The notes under the pieces were generated by a model that worked only from the letters and a program-made list of their open reading frames with translations, had not been told where the DNA came from and searched no databases. From the IMG/VR virus record IMGVR_UViG_3300021197_001489, positions 1 to 64,000 of that record: a stretch of DNA of 64,000 nucleotides; one strand, written 5' to 3'. Position 1 is the stretch's first letter. The number at the start of each line of letters is the position of its first letter. This document shows, one piece after another, positions 1-9,765 of this stretch. The position numbers were made by a program, and so were the translations under genes.

Positions 1-28
1 GTAAAGCCGTCAAGCAAAGGAGAAAATT

Positions 29-985
29 ATGGAAGCACTCACCTTATGGGCCTTTCTTGGGTTCATATTCGCAGCCTATGCTGTGATAGCAAACGATTCA
101 GTACAAACTCTCGGTACATGGATTGCAAGTAACAATGAGAGATTCAATTGGAAGATTATGTGGGCCGCAGCAAGTGCGGTTTTATTATGGGCATTGTGGT
201 ACGGATTCTATATGTATGGTGACATATCATATGGTCGATTAAACAGAATACCATTTGTAGAAGTACAATGGTATCATGCTATGGCACCACTTGTGTTATT
301 GTTATTAACCCGCGTAGGCGTTCCAGTTAGTACAAGTTTCTTAGTACTAAGTGCATTTGCAAGTACCTTTGTACTAGAAAAGATGCTAGTAAAAAGCATG
401 CTGGGCTACGTCGTAGCAGCAACAGCAGCATACGCTATTTGGTATATTGTTAGTCGTTATCTAGATGAAGCAAAACCAGTTAAAGAAGAACACAAGGCAT
501 ACTGGCGTATTGGGCAGTGGGTAACCACAGGCTTCTTATGGTGGACTTGGCTAAGTCATGACATGGCAAACATTGCTGTGTTCTTGCCAAGACAACTGGA
601 CATTCCGTTGATGTTTATGATCAGTACAGTCTTTGTAGGTGGACTATGGTTTATGTTCCGCGAAGGTGGAGGCAAAATCCAAAAGATTGTACTGGAGAAA
701 CACAACACTCGCTATGTGCGCAGTGCAACTATTATTGATGCAGTATACTGGATTATCTTGTTTTTCTTTAAAGAACTTAACGACATTCCAATGAGCACCA
801 CTTGGGTGTTTGTGGGTATGTTAGCCGGGCGTGAATTTGCAATTGCAAGTTTCATGGGTAAGAAGAAAACACGGAGTGTGTTCCCATTAGTAGGCAAAGA
901 CTTTGGTAAGATGATGATCGGACTAAGTGCATCACTTGCTATTGTATTACTAATACACTATGTGATTGTTCCTAACGGACTATAA
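29..985 (+). CDS. Multi-pass membrane protein, phosphate/sulfate permease (PiT/PHO4-like)
   Basis: 318 aa, about 9-10 hydrophobic segments, repeated ANDSVQ/SHDMAN and PVSTS/PMSTT motifs as in the inverted repeats of PiT-type permeases; convergent with phoH. Confidence 0.55.
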   Translation: MEALTLWAFLGFIFAAYAVIANDSVQTLGTWIASNNERFNWKIMWAAASAVLLWALWYGFYMYGDISYGRLNRIPFVEVQWYHAMAPLVLLLLTRVGVPVSTSFLVLSAFASTFVLEKMLVKSMLGYVVAATAAYAIWYIVSRYLDEAKPVKEEHKAYWRIGQWVTTGFLWWTWLSHDMANIAVFLPRQLDIPLMFMISTVFVGGLWFMFREGGGKIQKIVLEKHNTRYVRSATIIDAVYWIILFFFKELNDIPMSTTWVFVGMLAGREFAIASFMGKKKTRSVFPLVGKDFGKMMIGLSASLAIVLLIHYVIVPNGL

Positions 986-993
986 GATATAGA

Positions 994-1023
994 ACAGGCA
1001 GTGTAAAAACTGCCTGTCCTTTT
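994..1023. terminator. Probable bidirectional intrinsic terminator
   Basis: Perfect 9-bp inverted repeat ACAGGCAGT-GTAAAA-ACTGCCTGT followed by CCTTTT, between convergent genes. Confidence 0.7.
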
Positions 1024-1027
1024 GACT

Positions 1028-1750
1028 TTAATTTGCGTATAGTTCTAGTACAGTGTCAATAATTGGATGCCGTTGTATATCTGCATTGCTCATATAACAC
1101 ACTGCCAGTCCCGAACTGTGTTTTGCTTCCAGTCTTGCACATAGATCAATCAAGCCATTGTCTTTTAGCCTGCGATCCGTTTGCTCAACATCACCTGTAA
1201 TTATGATCTTGCTATTCTCGCCAATGCGTGTCATAAGCATTTTCATTTGACTTGGTGTTGCATTTTGCATTTCGTCTGCAATGATCCAAGATTCTTTGAA
1301 CGTTCTGCCTCTCATAAACGCCAATGGTGAAATCTCAATGGTTTGATTTTCCAACATACGTTCAATGTCTTTGGGAGAGTAATATTCTCTTAGTACATCA
1401 AACAGTGGGCGTGTCCAAGGTTCCATTTTGCTATTCAAATCGCCTGGAAGAAAGCCGTGTTTCTCATCATCCACACCCACTGCTGGGCGTGTTAACACAA
1501 TGCGCTCACATTCACCTGCACGAAACGCTTTAATAGCCGCCAGCATAGCCAAATACGTCTTGCCAGTTCCAGCAGGACCTGTGGCAATCACAATAGATTG
1601 CGTGTGGTCTAGTAGGTTCAGTATAAGAGTTTCTTGATTTAATGACTTCGGACGAAGTTCTATATGGCGTTGTTTAAGTGCTTGGTTAAAGTTAATGGTG
1701 TTGTCGTTTTGTTGTGGATGGTATTTTGCTTTACGCTTTGCTCGGGACAT
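1028..1750 (-). CDS. phoH: PhoH-family ATPase
   Basis: GPAGTGKT Walker A, LTRPAV, GFLPG, FMRGRTF, DEMQN, TGDVEQ motifs; start placed at MSRAKRK (1750) because of AGGAGA RBS. Confidence 0.95.
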   Translation of the reverse strand: MSRAKRKAKYHPQQNDNTINFNQALKQRHIELRPKSLNQETLILNLLDHTQSIVIATGPAGTGKTYLAMLAAIKAFRAGECERIVLTRPAVGVDDEKHGFLPGDLNSKMEPWTRPLFDVLREYYSPKDIERMLENQTIEISPLAFMRGRTFKESWIIADEMQNATPSQMKMLMTRIGENSKIIITGDVEQTDRRLKDNGLIDLCARLEAKHSSGLAVCYMSNADIQRHPIIDTVLELYAN

Positions 1751-1898
1751 TGTATCTCCTCTGTCTCTTCTATTCGCTACCCTCAATAATATTTAGGCCA
1801 ATATACCACTACCATAAACCCGCGTAAATTTTTTGGATTGTACCACTAAATAAGGAACATGCTCAAGCACAGCAATTTCTTTACTCTTATCAATTGTG

Positions 1899-1905
1899 CT
1901 AAATA
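1899..1905 (+). promoter_or_regulatory. T4-like late promoter box
   Basis: CTAAATA 5 nt before ATG 1911; the motif recurs in front of many genes. Confidence 0.6.
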
Positions 1906-1910
1906 CTGTT

Positions 1911-2492
1911 ATGAAAACACTAGACACTGATATTTTCAAAAACGACGAAGACTACTGGATGATTGCCGACAACATCAAAGGCATCTACATGAGTGACGGT
2001 AGCATGAATGTGCTACTAGATTTCGAGCGTGTTCTCAATGAGTTGGATATTTTTGCTTTTCGCAATTGGGAACTAGGTGAGCTAGTTGCTGGACCATCAC
2101 AAGGTCCATACAAAACTTCATGCACATTTATGTGGCCTGCAAAACTGATGCCAGACCCAAGAGGCGCACTGCGTTTGTTGCCATTCGACTGTGAAATATT
2201 TTGGAAAAAGACCAAGATGAAAGTTCCTGTCAAGGTTAAAAACCCAAGCGACTTTAAAGCAGGCACAAAGGTTGCTCGTCTAATTGAAAAAGAAATATGG
2301 CTGGTAGAAGTTATAATGCCAAAGAGTCTAATGGCAGATATCCGCACTGGTTCAATTGAACTAGAAGATGAAACTGTAGATCTGCAGGATCTCGACGACG
2401 CTTACAGTGCAGACTTAGACCAGCAAGCAGTAATGAATCAAGACGCACAAACAGAAATGGATGCACAAACAGATGTCAATGTCCAAGTATAA
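1911..2492 (+). CDS. Hypothetical phage protein (late)
   Basis: Long ORF, acidic C-terminus; ATG 1911 preferred over GTG 1896 because it follows the late box. Confidence 0.6.
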   Translation: MKTLDTDIFKNDEDYWMIADNIKGIYMSDGSMNVLLDFERVLNELDIFAFRNWELGELVAGPSQGPYKTSCTFMWPAKLMPDPRGALRLLPFDCEIFWKKTKMKVPVKVKNPSDFKAGTKVARLIEKEIWLVEVIMPKSLMADIRTGSIELEDETVDLQDLDDAYSADLDQQAVMNQDAQTEMDAQTDVNVQV

Positions 2493-3024
2493 TCTCAACG
2501 AAGGCCTAGGTTACAAAGACCTAGCTGGCATGATGAAAAACACCATGTACATTGATGACTTTTCATCAAAAATGGGTGACGATGACGAGATTGTTGTTGC
2601 CAGTTTTTATGTAAGAGATCATCAAGCAGCAATGGACTTGGTTAACTGGTTTGAAAAAGGCTACGATTTTGTCATGGACGCTGACATGAGCCCTGGTGAA
2701 GTAAAACCAAATCGCTATCTGGTTTACGTTGAAATGAAACGCAGAAGTTACACAGGCGAAAACCTAAGTCAATTGGTCAATGACTTCGACACACTAACTG
2801 AATACGAAGGTGACAAATGGGTAATGGGATACAAAGGCGAAGAGTATCCATTTACTGTTGAAACATACAACAGCCTAGTTCCGCAAAGCCCGCAAACTTA
2901 CAGAGAACGCGAACAATTTGCACTCAATGAGATGAGAATTGCAGCAGGTCTTCCTCCCAAAACTATATACAACAAGCGCAAGAAAAAAGATATTAGAAAC
3001 CTTTTAAATAACGCAGGGATGTAA
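2479..3024 (+). CDS. Hypothetical protein, possible internal head protein
   Basis: Overlaps the previous gene; N-terminal LNE site like other putative processed virion proteins; start uncertain (2461/2473/2479). Confidence 0.5.
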   Translation: MSKYNLNEGLGYKDLAGMMKNTMYIDDFSSKMGDDDEIVVASFYVRDHQAAMDLVNWFEKGYDFVMDADMSPGEVKPNRYLVYVEMKRRSYTGENLSQLVNDFDTLTEYEGDKWVMGYKGEEYPFTVETYNSLVPQSPQTYREREQFALNEMRIAAGLPPKTIYNKRKKKDIRNLLNNAGM

Positions 3025-3744
3025 ATGTCTTATAAAAGAGTAACTGCTATTGGTGATAGCTTCACTCGTGGTGACGAACTGGCTGATTGTCCTGATTATC
3101 CATCCGACGGTAAGGGCAGTCACATGACCTGGCCGGCATTGATTGCCAAATCTATAAATGCTGAATATAAATGTATGGCAGTCGGCGGCAAAGGCAACCA
3201 ATGGACAAGTTGGGTAGTTGCAAAAAAAATATGTGATGCACATGAGTATGGAAACACTCCCTCGCTTTTTATTATAAACTGGAGTTGGTTTGAGCGATTT
3301 GACTATGTTAATATTGATGACGATTTGTGGGTAACCACTCACCCAGGGCATGAAAATAAAATAGATCATTATTTTTATCGTAATTTAGACAGTGAATTGT
3401 GGAACTTATTTAGAAACTTACAACAAATACACAGCACAATTTCTCTACTGAAACAGCACAACATTGATTTTATTATGACTTGCCTAGATCCAACATACAA
3501 TACTAACGTAAAAGATTTTCGTTCTGATAGTTTTGTCCAGGATATTAGAGGGCAAGCATGGACCAAAGTCATTGCCCAATTGCAAGAACAAGTATTACCA
3601 TATATCATTGCGTTTAACGGGATGAGTTTTTTAGATTGGGCTAACCATCATAATTATCAACTTGGACCAAATGGTCATCCGTTAGAAGAAGCACATGCTG
3701 CGGCTGCTGAGTATGTACGGCGTACAGTGCCGTTACTGCACTAA
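3025..3744 (+). CDS. SGNH/GDSL-like hydrolase fold protein
   Basis: N-terminal GDSF, C-terminal GHP..EAH; paralogous to 43500 and 54586 ORFs. Confidence 0.6.
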   Translation: MSYKRVTAIGDSFTRGDELADCPDYPSDGKGSHMTWPALIAKSINAEYKCMAVGGKGNQWTSWVVAKKICDAHEYGNTPSLFIINWSWFERFDYVNIDDDLWVTTHPGHENKIDHYFYRNLDSELWNLFRNLQQIHSTISLLKQHNIDFIMTCLDPTYNTNVKDFRSDSFVQDIRGQAWTKVIAQLQEQVLPYIIAFNGMSFLDWANHHNYQLGPNGHPLEEAHAAAAEYVRRTVPLLH

Positions 3745-3771
3745 ATAGCAGTAGTTATTAAGGATAATGTT

Positions 3772-4281
3772 ATGCAAGCAAACTATGAAAAGTGTTTAGA
3801 AACTATACTACATCACGAAGGCGGCTATGTAAATCATCCTAAAGATCCAGGTGGAGAAACCAACTTGGGTGTTACCAAAAGAGTCTATGAAGACTTTGGT
3901 GGTGAGAAGGATATGAAAGACCTTTTAATTGAGGACGTTGCTCCTATCTATGAAAAGAATTACTGGGGCAGAATGAAATGCGGCGACATGCCAAGTGGGC
4001 TTGATTTGTGTGTGTTTGACTTTGGAGTTAATGCAGGAACTGGGCGTAGTGCAAAGTACTTGCAAACAATGATTGGCACTGTGGCAGATGGCGGCATTGG
4101 ACCTAATACACTAGGCGCACTGGCTAACTATGTGGAAGAAGTTGGAGTTGAAGGTGCTATAAGAAACTTTCAGGAAGCACGACAGGAATACTACGAAAGT
4201 TTAAGCACATTTGAAACATTTGGACGTGGCTGGACCCGACGTGTTGATGAAACTACAGAACTTGCGGTTTCAATGATCTAA
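3772..4281 (+). CDS. Endolysin, glycoside hydrolase family 108 with PG-binding domain
   Basis: HEGGYVNHPKDPGGETNLGVT, FDFGVNAG, DGGIGPNT, FGRGWTRR motifs. Confidence 0.92.
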   Translation: MQANYEKCLETILHHEGGYVNHPKDPGGETNLGVTKRVYEDFGGEKDMKDLLIEDVAPIYEKNYWGRMKCGDMPSGLDLCVFDFGVNAGTGRSAKYLQTMIGTVADGGIGPNTLGALANYVEEVGVEGAIRNFQEARQEYYESLSTFETFGRGWTRRVDETTELAVSMI

Positions 4282-4784
4282 TGCTTAGGATTTATGCAAT
4301 ATTAGTTATTGTAGGTTTGCTAGGCGGCGTAGGGTATGCGGCCAAGAGCTATTACAATGATACCCAAAATGCAATAAAATCACTGAGCGAAAACAATGCA
4401 AAGTTAGAAATTGCAGCCGAAACTGCTGAAGCAAGCACAAAAGCACTACAAGCCGATATGGTTAAGAGTGCAGCACTTACTAAACAGTTGCAAAGTGAAT
4501 TACAAAAAGCCGAAGCATACGGTGATGAACTGAGATCTAAACTAAACAAATTAAATTTAGTTGTAGAAGCATTAAAAAATGCAAAAGTATTAGAAGGAAA
4601 AATGAATGGCGCAACAGCAAAATTATGGCGCGAGTTTATGGGCGACACTGGCAATGATAATCAGCCTGAGCTTCCTCAGTGGTTGCAGCAGTCTGATGCC
4701 GGAGCCGGAAGTGAAAGTAGTAACTCAAGTCCAAAAGTCAGTGATACCGACAGTAGCAAGACCGAAAGCAGTACAACTAACTGA
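4281..4784 (+). CDS. Inner-membrane spanin (Rz-like)
   Basis: N-terminal TM helix plus long coiled coil, immediately after the endolysin. Confidence 0.75.
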   Translation: MLRIYAILVIVGLLGGVGYAAKSYYNDTQNAIKSLSENNAKLEIAAETAEASTKALQADMVKSAALTKQLQSELQKAEAYGDELRSKLNKLNLVVEALKNAKVLEGKMNGATAKLWREFMGDTGNDNQPELPQWLQQSDAGAGSESSNSSPKVSDTDSSKTESSTTN

Positions 4785-4998
4785 CACTCGAGTCTTTGTC
4801 GTTACCAAAGATAACTATGATGAATTCGTCAAAGAGTTCACAGAGATCTATGGCGAACTTGCATTTGTGGCATTGTCAATGAAAGACTACGAGAACCTTG
4901 CACTCAACATTGCTGACATCAAAAGGTACTTGCAGCAACAAACCAAAATTATTGTGTATTACGAAAACGCAGTAACGGAGAAATCAGATGGCGACTAA
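4606..4998 (+). CDS. Outer-membrane lipoprotein spanin (Rz1-like)
   Basis: Signal peptide ending in lipobox LSGC, Pro-rich periplasmic start; overlaps the 3' 179 nt of the i-spanin gene in another frame. Confidence 0.75.
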   Translation: MAQQQNYGASLWATLAMIISLSFLSGCSSLMPEPEVKVVTQVQKSVIPTVARPKAVQLTDTRVFVVTKDNYDEFVKEFTEIYGELAFVALSMKDYENLALNIADIKRYLQQQTKIIVYYENAVTEKSDGD

Positions 4999-5410
4999 AC
5001 TAAATGAAGGCACCGAAGTAGCTTTACCTCTTAGAAATATTGTAAGCATGCTTGTTTTTACAGCATTAGCAACTTGGGCATATTTTGGTATTGTTGAAAG
5101 ACTGAATAAAGTCGAAACAAAACAGACTATGATGGTAGCAGACTTAGATCAAAACACTGAGTTTCGTATTAAATGGCCAAGAGGAGAAATGGGAAGTTTA
5201 CCTGCTGACAATGAACAATTTATGTTGATTGAACATTTGGCAGGAGAACTTGAAAGTTTAGCCACTGAGATCGAAGAAGGCAGGGCGCCTTATGATCAAC
5301 AACAAAAACTAACACTTGAGTTTTATGAAAAGAGAATTAACAATTTAGAAGAACAAATTGAAAAACTCAAAGACGCTCAGTTAGAAATTAAACAAAAGAA
5401 CGGACACTAA
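4988..5410 (+). CDS. Single-TM coiled-coil membrane protein (holin candidate)
   Basis: One TM segment (res ~17-35) and C-terminal coiled coil; adjacent to the lysis genes. Confidence 0.45.
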   Translation: MATKLNEGTEVALPLRNIVSMLVFTALATWAYFGIVERLNKVETKQTMMVADLDQNTEFRIKWPRGEMGSLPADNEQFMLIEHLAGELESLATEIEEGRAPYDQQQKLTLEFYEKRINNLEEQIEKLKDAQLEIKQKNGH

Positions 5411-5411
5411 A

Positions 5412-5687
5412 ATGACAACTGAAATGGTATGCATCACTCTATTATTATATGTCAATGGCGCAGTAGAATCGCACGTTGGACATCACAAAATGGTAGACTG
5501 CTTGAAAGCAAAAAAAACTAATGAAAGATCTTATGATGGTGAAAAGCCATTTAGGTTTACATGCCAAAAACGCCTGGTAGAAGTTGGAAAGGATGCTAGC
5601 GGCAAGGACTATATTGTTCGTTTGCTAGATACAGATGAGAATCCACGGATCAAAGCGAAAAGTATTACAGAGAAGCTAGGAGGATGA
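5412..5687 (+). CDS. Small protein with hydrophobic N-terminus and Cys pair
   Basis: CLKAK...FTCQK; paralog of the next ORF. Confidence 0.55.
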   Translation: MTTEMVCITLLLYVNGAVESHVGHHKMVDCLKAKKTNERSYDGEKPFRFTCQKRLVEVGKDASGKDYIVRLLDTDENPRIKAKSITEKLGG

Positions 5688-5688
5688 T

Positions 5689-5943
5689 ATGGTTAAAGAG
5701 GCAATCGTATTATTAATGTTCTTTGGCAGTCCTCTGCAAATACAAGAATACACAGTGAGAGACGGTCTGAGTGAATGTTTGAAAGCAAAACGAACAATTT
5801 CACGTAACGTAAAATCACCCGGATCAAACGCATATAAAGGTTCTATGAGATTGGCTTGTAAGAAACTTATAGTAAAAGTGGATGAAGATAACCGTATACT
5901 TGAATTTGTAACCGTTAAGAAAAGTGAATTAAAACCATTCTAA
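5689..5943 (+). CDS. Small protein with hydrophobic N-terminus and Cys pair
   Basis: CLKAK...LACKK; AGGAGGA RBS. Confidence 0.55.
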   Translation: MVKEAIVLLMFFGSPLQIQEYTVRDGLSECLKAKRTISRNVKSPGSNAYKGSMRLACKKLIVKVDEDNRILEFVTVKKSELKPF

Positions 5944-5949
5944 GAGAGC

Positions 5950-5978
5950 TTGACAGCCTCACAAAAAAATAGTATAAT
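5950..5978 (+). promoter_or_regulatory. sigma70-like promoter
   Basis: TTGACA-17 nt-TATAAT upstream of dnaJ. Confidence 0.8.
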
Positions 5979-5983
5979 ACACT

Positions 5984-6796
5984 ATGAATAATCCATATAG
6001 TACACTGGGCGTGAGCAAAAATGCGACTGAGGCTGAACTGAAACAAGCCTATCGTAAACTTGCTATGGAAAATCATCCAGACAAAGGTGGAGATCAAAAT
6101 CGCTTCGCTGAGATTAGCAGTGCGTACGACACACTGAAGGACCCACAAAAACGTGCTGCATACGATCATTTCGGAACGGCAGATCCACAACAACAAAGAC
6201 CACATGGCTTTGGTGGGTTTCAGCAAAGTGGACAGCCGTTTGATCTTGACAGCATCTTTGAAATCTTTGGCCAACGCATGCACCCAAATGCCAGGCGCGG
6301 CCCTCCAGATGCCAGAGTAAGCATGGTAATTGATCTTGCTGATGCAGTTCGTGGCGGCAAACGTGCATTTGCAGTGCAAACACCCAATGGACAAACCAGT
6401 ATTGAAATAACCATACCCAAGGGCGTAGTTGACAACGAAAACATACGCTATCCAAAACTTGCGCCAGGTGGCATGGACTTGGTTGCAAACTTTAGAGTTC
6501 GGGCGCACCAGCATTGGCAGCGTGATGGACTTGACATGCACTGTGAGCGTCCAATAGATTTTTGGCAATTGATACTGGGAACTACACTGAGCATAACAGA
6601 CATCTTGGATCGCACATACGGATTGACCATACCGCCAACAACTAAACCGGGTGCAGTAATGAGACTGCGTAACAAAGGCATAGAACGCGAAGGACACAAC
6701 ACAGGTGATCTTTTTGTTAAGCTACGAGCAACTATGCCAGACAACATCAATGAAGAAATACTAAAAGTAATCCGCGAACACCAAGTCAATAAATAA
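5984..6796 (+). CDS. dnaJ: DnaJ/CbpA-like co-chaperone
   Basis: J-domain with HPD, G/F region, C-terminal substrate domain, no zinc finger. Confidence 0.9.
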   Translation: MNNPYSTLGVSKNATEAELKQAYRKLAMENHPDKGGDQNRFAEISSAYDTLKDPQKRAAYDHFGTADPQQQRPHGFGGFQQSGQPFDLDSIFEIFGQRMHPNARRGPPDARVSMVIDLADAVRGGKRAFAVQTPNGQTSIEITIPKGVVDNENIRYPKLAPGGMDLVANFRVRAHQHWQRDGLDMHCERPIDFWQLILGTTLSITDILDRTYGLTIPPTTKPGAVMRLRNKGIEREGHNTGDLFVKLRATMPDNINEEILKVIREHQVNK

Positions 6797-6817
6797 TTTA
6801 AAGAACAAAGGAAACAG

Positions 6818-9118
6818 ATGCAACAGAATCCTGAAATTGAACATATCCTAGGACAAGCGCAACGCTTGGCAAAAACCAAAAAGCATGCTTATGTAACGCT
6901 GGAGCATTTGACACTTGCATTGGTTAGACATACTCCGTTTTGGAATTGCCTTGAAAAGTTTGGAGCCAGCCCAGTTGCTATTGACGAAGAGCTAGAACTT
7001 TACCTTGATGCGCAAATGGGATTGATTGATCATAAAGATCGCAGCGAACCAAAGAAAACCAATGCAATAGAAAGAGTGTTTAATCGAGCATTAACACAGG
7101 TGATGTTTGGCGGGCGGCGCAGCATGGAAACTGTTGATATCTGGTTAGCCATCATAGCAGAAAACAACAGTCATGCACAGTACTTTATGCTAAAGCATGG
7201 CGTTACCAAGCAAGAGTTTGTGCCGTTTTGGCAAGAGAATTATGCTCGTCGAAATAAGTCACCTGACATGGTTGCAGATCAAGCAGACGAGATCCTGGAA
7301 GAGCATTGTACAAATATCACACAACTTGCAGTAGATGACAAACTTGAGCCTGTGATTGGGCGCGATGCTGAACTAGAAGAAATTGTCACTGTGTTAGCCA
7401 AACGTTTTAAAAGCAATGCGCTATTGGTTGGCGATCCTGGCGTTGGCAAAACTGCTATTGCCGAAGGTCTTGCCACATTGATCAAAGACAACCATGTACC
7501 TACGTTCTTGCAAAACTTTGAAGTGTGGGGATTGGAAATTGGCAGTTTGCTAGCAGGCTCAAAATATCGCGGCGAGTTTGAAGAAAAACTTAAAGACGTT
7601 ATTGCTGCACTGGAAACAAAGAAAAACTGCATACTGTTTATTGACGAAGCGCACACCATGAAAGGCGCAGGCGCAGGAGGTGGCGGCGGCTTAGATTTTG
7701 CCAACATGCTCAAACCAGCAATTACCAAAAACAATATCAAAGTAGTAGCAAGCACAACTTGGGAAGAGTTTTACGAAAGTTTCGAACAGGATCGTGCGCT
7801 AATGAGACGTTTTTATAGAATCAGCATTGACGAACCTGATCAAGCAACCACAGTTAAAATATTGGAAGGGCTAAAGCCACGGCTTGAAAAGTTTCACAAT
7901 GTGAAAGTTGACAGTCCTGCTATTGTTAAAGCAGTTGACCTCGCCACACGTTACATGGCTGACAAAAAAAATCCTGATAAGAGCATTGACTTAATTGATG
8001 CTGCCTGTGCTGTTGAGCGTGTAAAAGATCAAGAAGGTTTAGTGGTCACTGAAGATCTCATTGATGTGCAAGTATCTCGTATTGCAAATATTCCAGAAAC
8101 CAAAGTCAAAAGCGATGCTAGCGATAAAGTGCTTGAACTTGACAGCAATATTAAACAACGTCTGTTTGGTCAAGATCATGTTGTTGACGAAGTGCTAGAA
8201 AGACTCTACGTGAACTATGCCGGCATCAGTACCACTGGACGGCCAATGGGTGCGTTTCTGTTCTTAGGTCCAACTGGTACAGGTAAAACTGAATTCGCAA
8301 AATTGCTAGCAGAAAACCTGGACATGGAAATGCTGCGTTACGACATGAGTGAGTATCAAGATCGCCACACGGTGAGCAGCCTACTTGGTGCACCCCCGGG
8401 CTTTGTGGGATACAACGACAGCAATCTTGGCGGCGGCAAACTGATCAGTGATGTTAGCAAACATCCATACAGTGTGCTACTGTTTGATGAAATTGAAAAG
8501 GCACACCCTGACGTAAGCAATATTTTCCTACAAATGATGGATGAAGGAAAGATTGCTGGTGCAAATGGAAAAGTTGTTGATGTTAAAAACTGTATTATTA
8601 TTATGACATCAAACTTGGGTGCTAGAGATAATGAAAACAACAACATTGGCTTTGGACAAGACTTAACAAAAACAGGATCCGAGGACAAAGCAGTTAAAGA
8701 CTTCTTTAAACCTGAGCTTCGTAATCGACTGGATCTTACTGTTAAATTTAAAACACTTGAGACACTGGCCATTAAGAAAATTGTTGCCAAGTTCACAGGC
8801 GAGTTACGCAAAAGTCTCAAAAGTAAAAACATCAATCTTATTGTTACTGAGGCATTGGTTGATCGTTTAGTTGAAGTGGGATATGATCCTAAAATGGGAG
8901 CAAGACCATTGGGACGCAAGATTGATGAGTTAATCAAAGTTCCGCTGTCAAAGAAAATACTGTTTGAAAAACTAAGTAATTGTCACGTCACTGCTGACTG
9001 GGTGCGGATTAAAGCTAAGAAATATGCTGTAGGTCTTACCAGCAAGCCTAAAACAACAGTGAGTGGCGGCGAAGTAAATCAGGATGGTATTGTAATTGTT
9101 AACGAATCAGAAAATTAA
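6818..9118 (+). CDS. clpA: ClpA-like AAA+ unfoldase
   Basis: Clp-N domain, two NBDs (GDPGVGKT/FIDEAH; GPTGTGKT/LFDEIEK), IGF ClpP-docking loop, no ClpB middle domain. Confidence 0.92.
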   Translation: MQQNPEIEHILGQAQRLAKTKKHAYVTLEHLTLALVRHTPFWNCLEKFGASPVAIDEELELYLDAQMGLIDHKDRSEPKKTNAIERVFNRALTQVMFGGRRSMETVDIWLAIIAENNSHAQYFMLKHGVTKQEFVPFWQENYARRNKSPDMVADQADEILEEHCTNITQLAVDDKLEPVIGRDAELEEIVTVLAKRFKSNALLVGDPGVGKTAIAEGLATLIKDNHVPTFLQNFEVWGLEIGSLLAGSKYRGEFEEKLKDVIAALETKKNCILFIDEAHTMKGAGAGGGGGLDFANMLKPAITKNNIKVVASTTWEEFYESFEQDRALMRRFYRISIDEPDQATTVKILEGLKPRLEKFHNVKVDSPAIVKAVDLATRYMADKKNPDKSIDLIDAACAVERVKDQEGLVVTEDLIDVQVSRIANIPETKVKSDASDKVLELDSNIKQRLFGQDHVVDEVLERLYVNYAGISTTGRPMGAFLFLGPTGTGKTEFAKLLAENLDMEMLRYDMSEYQDRHTVSSLLGAPPGFVGYNDSNLGGGKLISDVSKHPYSVLLFDEIEKAHPDVSNIFLQMMDEGKIAGANGKVVDVKNCIIIMTSNLGARDNENNNIGFGQDLTKTGSEDKAVKDFFKPELRNRLDLTVKFKTLETLAIKKIVAKFTGELRKSLKSKNINLIVTEALVDRLVEVGYDPKMGARPLGRKIDELIKVPLSKKILFEKLSNCHVTADWVRIKAKKYAVGLTSKPKTTVSGGEVNQDGIVIVNESEN

Positions 9119-9761
9119 AAAAGAAACTCGCAGTAGCCTGTATTTTAACGAATACAAACACTGCTTAAAGTTTTACTTGCCCGATGTGTTTACATTACGC
9201 TATCGTTCGCATGTGAAGATTGACGAAATATTAGCATACAATGCTAAACGAAACTTCAACTGGGGAGGTAGTTGGCAACGTAATACAAATTCACACGGTA
9301 CCAGTGAGGATTTACACGAACTTTTGTATTTCATTGAAGATATGGTTGACAGTTGCAAGTTAACAGTTCAAAGACATCACGGATATCTATACACCAATAA
9401 TTGGGATGTAATTGAAACAGTTAGTAAACTTGAGTATATTATGGCCATTCAAGGCAAGTCAGTTGAGCTTGCTGAAGCTGGCACAATGAAGTTAAAGAGT
9501 CCTAATCACGTCTACCGTACCTATTTTAAAACACAACGTATACAGCAAGAAGAAAAATCACGCATGGCTCAGTTTATAAATTCACAAACTGAAGTTCGCC
9601 CAGGCCCTGGATTTAAAGACTTCTTAACTAACTGGACCAACTATTGTTATGTGCAACAAAATCACTTTGTAGATCACAATGATATGGGTGTCATAACCAT
9701 GCTACAACTGGTGTGTCCTATCAAAATTAAGAAAACTCTAGAGTTAATATGCGATAAATAA
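9096..9761 (+). CDS. Hypothetical protein
   Basis: 221-aa ORF overlapping the clpA end; start uncertain. Confidence 0.55.
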   Translation: MLTNQKIKKETRSSLYFNEYKHCLKFYLPDVFTLRYRSHVKIDEILAYNAKRNFNWGGSWQRNTNSHGTSEDLHELLYFIEDMVDSCKLTVQRHHGYLYTNNWDVIETVSKLEYIMAIQGKSVELAEAGTMKLKSPNHVYRTYFKTQRIQQEEKSRMAQFINSQTEVRPGPGFKDFLTNWTNYCYVQQNHFVDHNDMGVITMLQLVCPIKIKKTLELICDK

Positions 9762-9765
9762 CAGT

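Noticed and set aside
1751-1786. Upstream start for phoH
   Set aside because: The SD (AGGAGA) lies inside this extension and points to the ATG at 1750.
5915-8937. Long antisense ORFs opposite dnaJ and clpA (5915-6697, 7279-7755, 8356-8937)
   Set aside because: No RBS or motifs; typical shadows of strongly coding plus-strand genes. The same applies to most short minus-strand ORFs in the track.
6818-9118. ClpB disaggregase
   Set aside because: No coiled-coil middle domain and an IGF loop is present, so ClpA-like.
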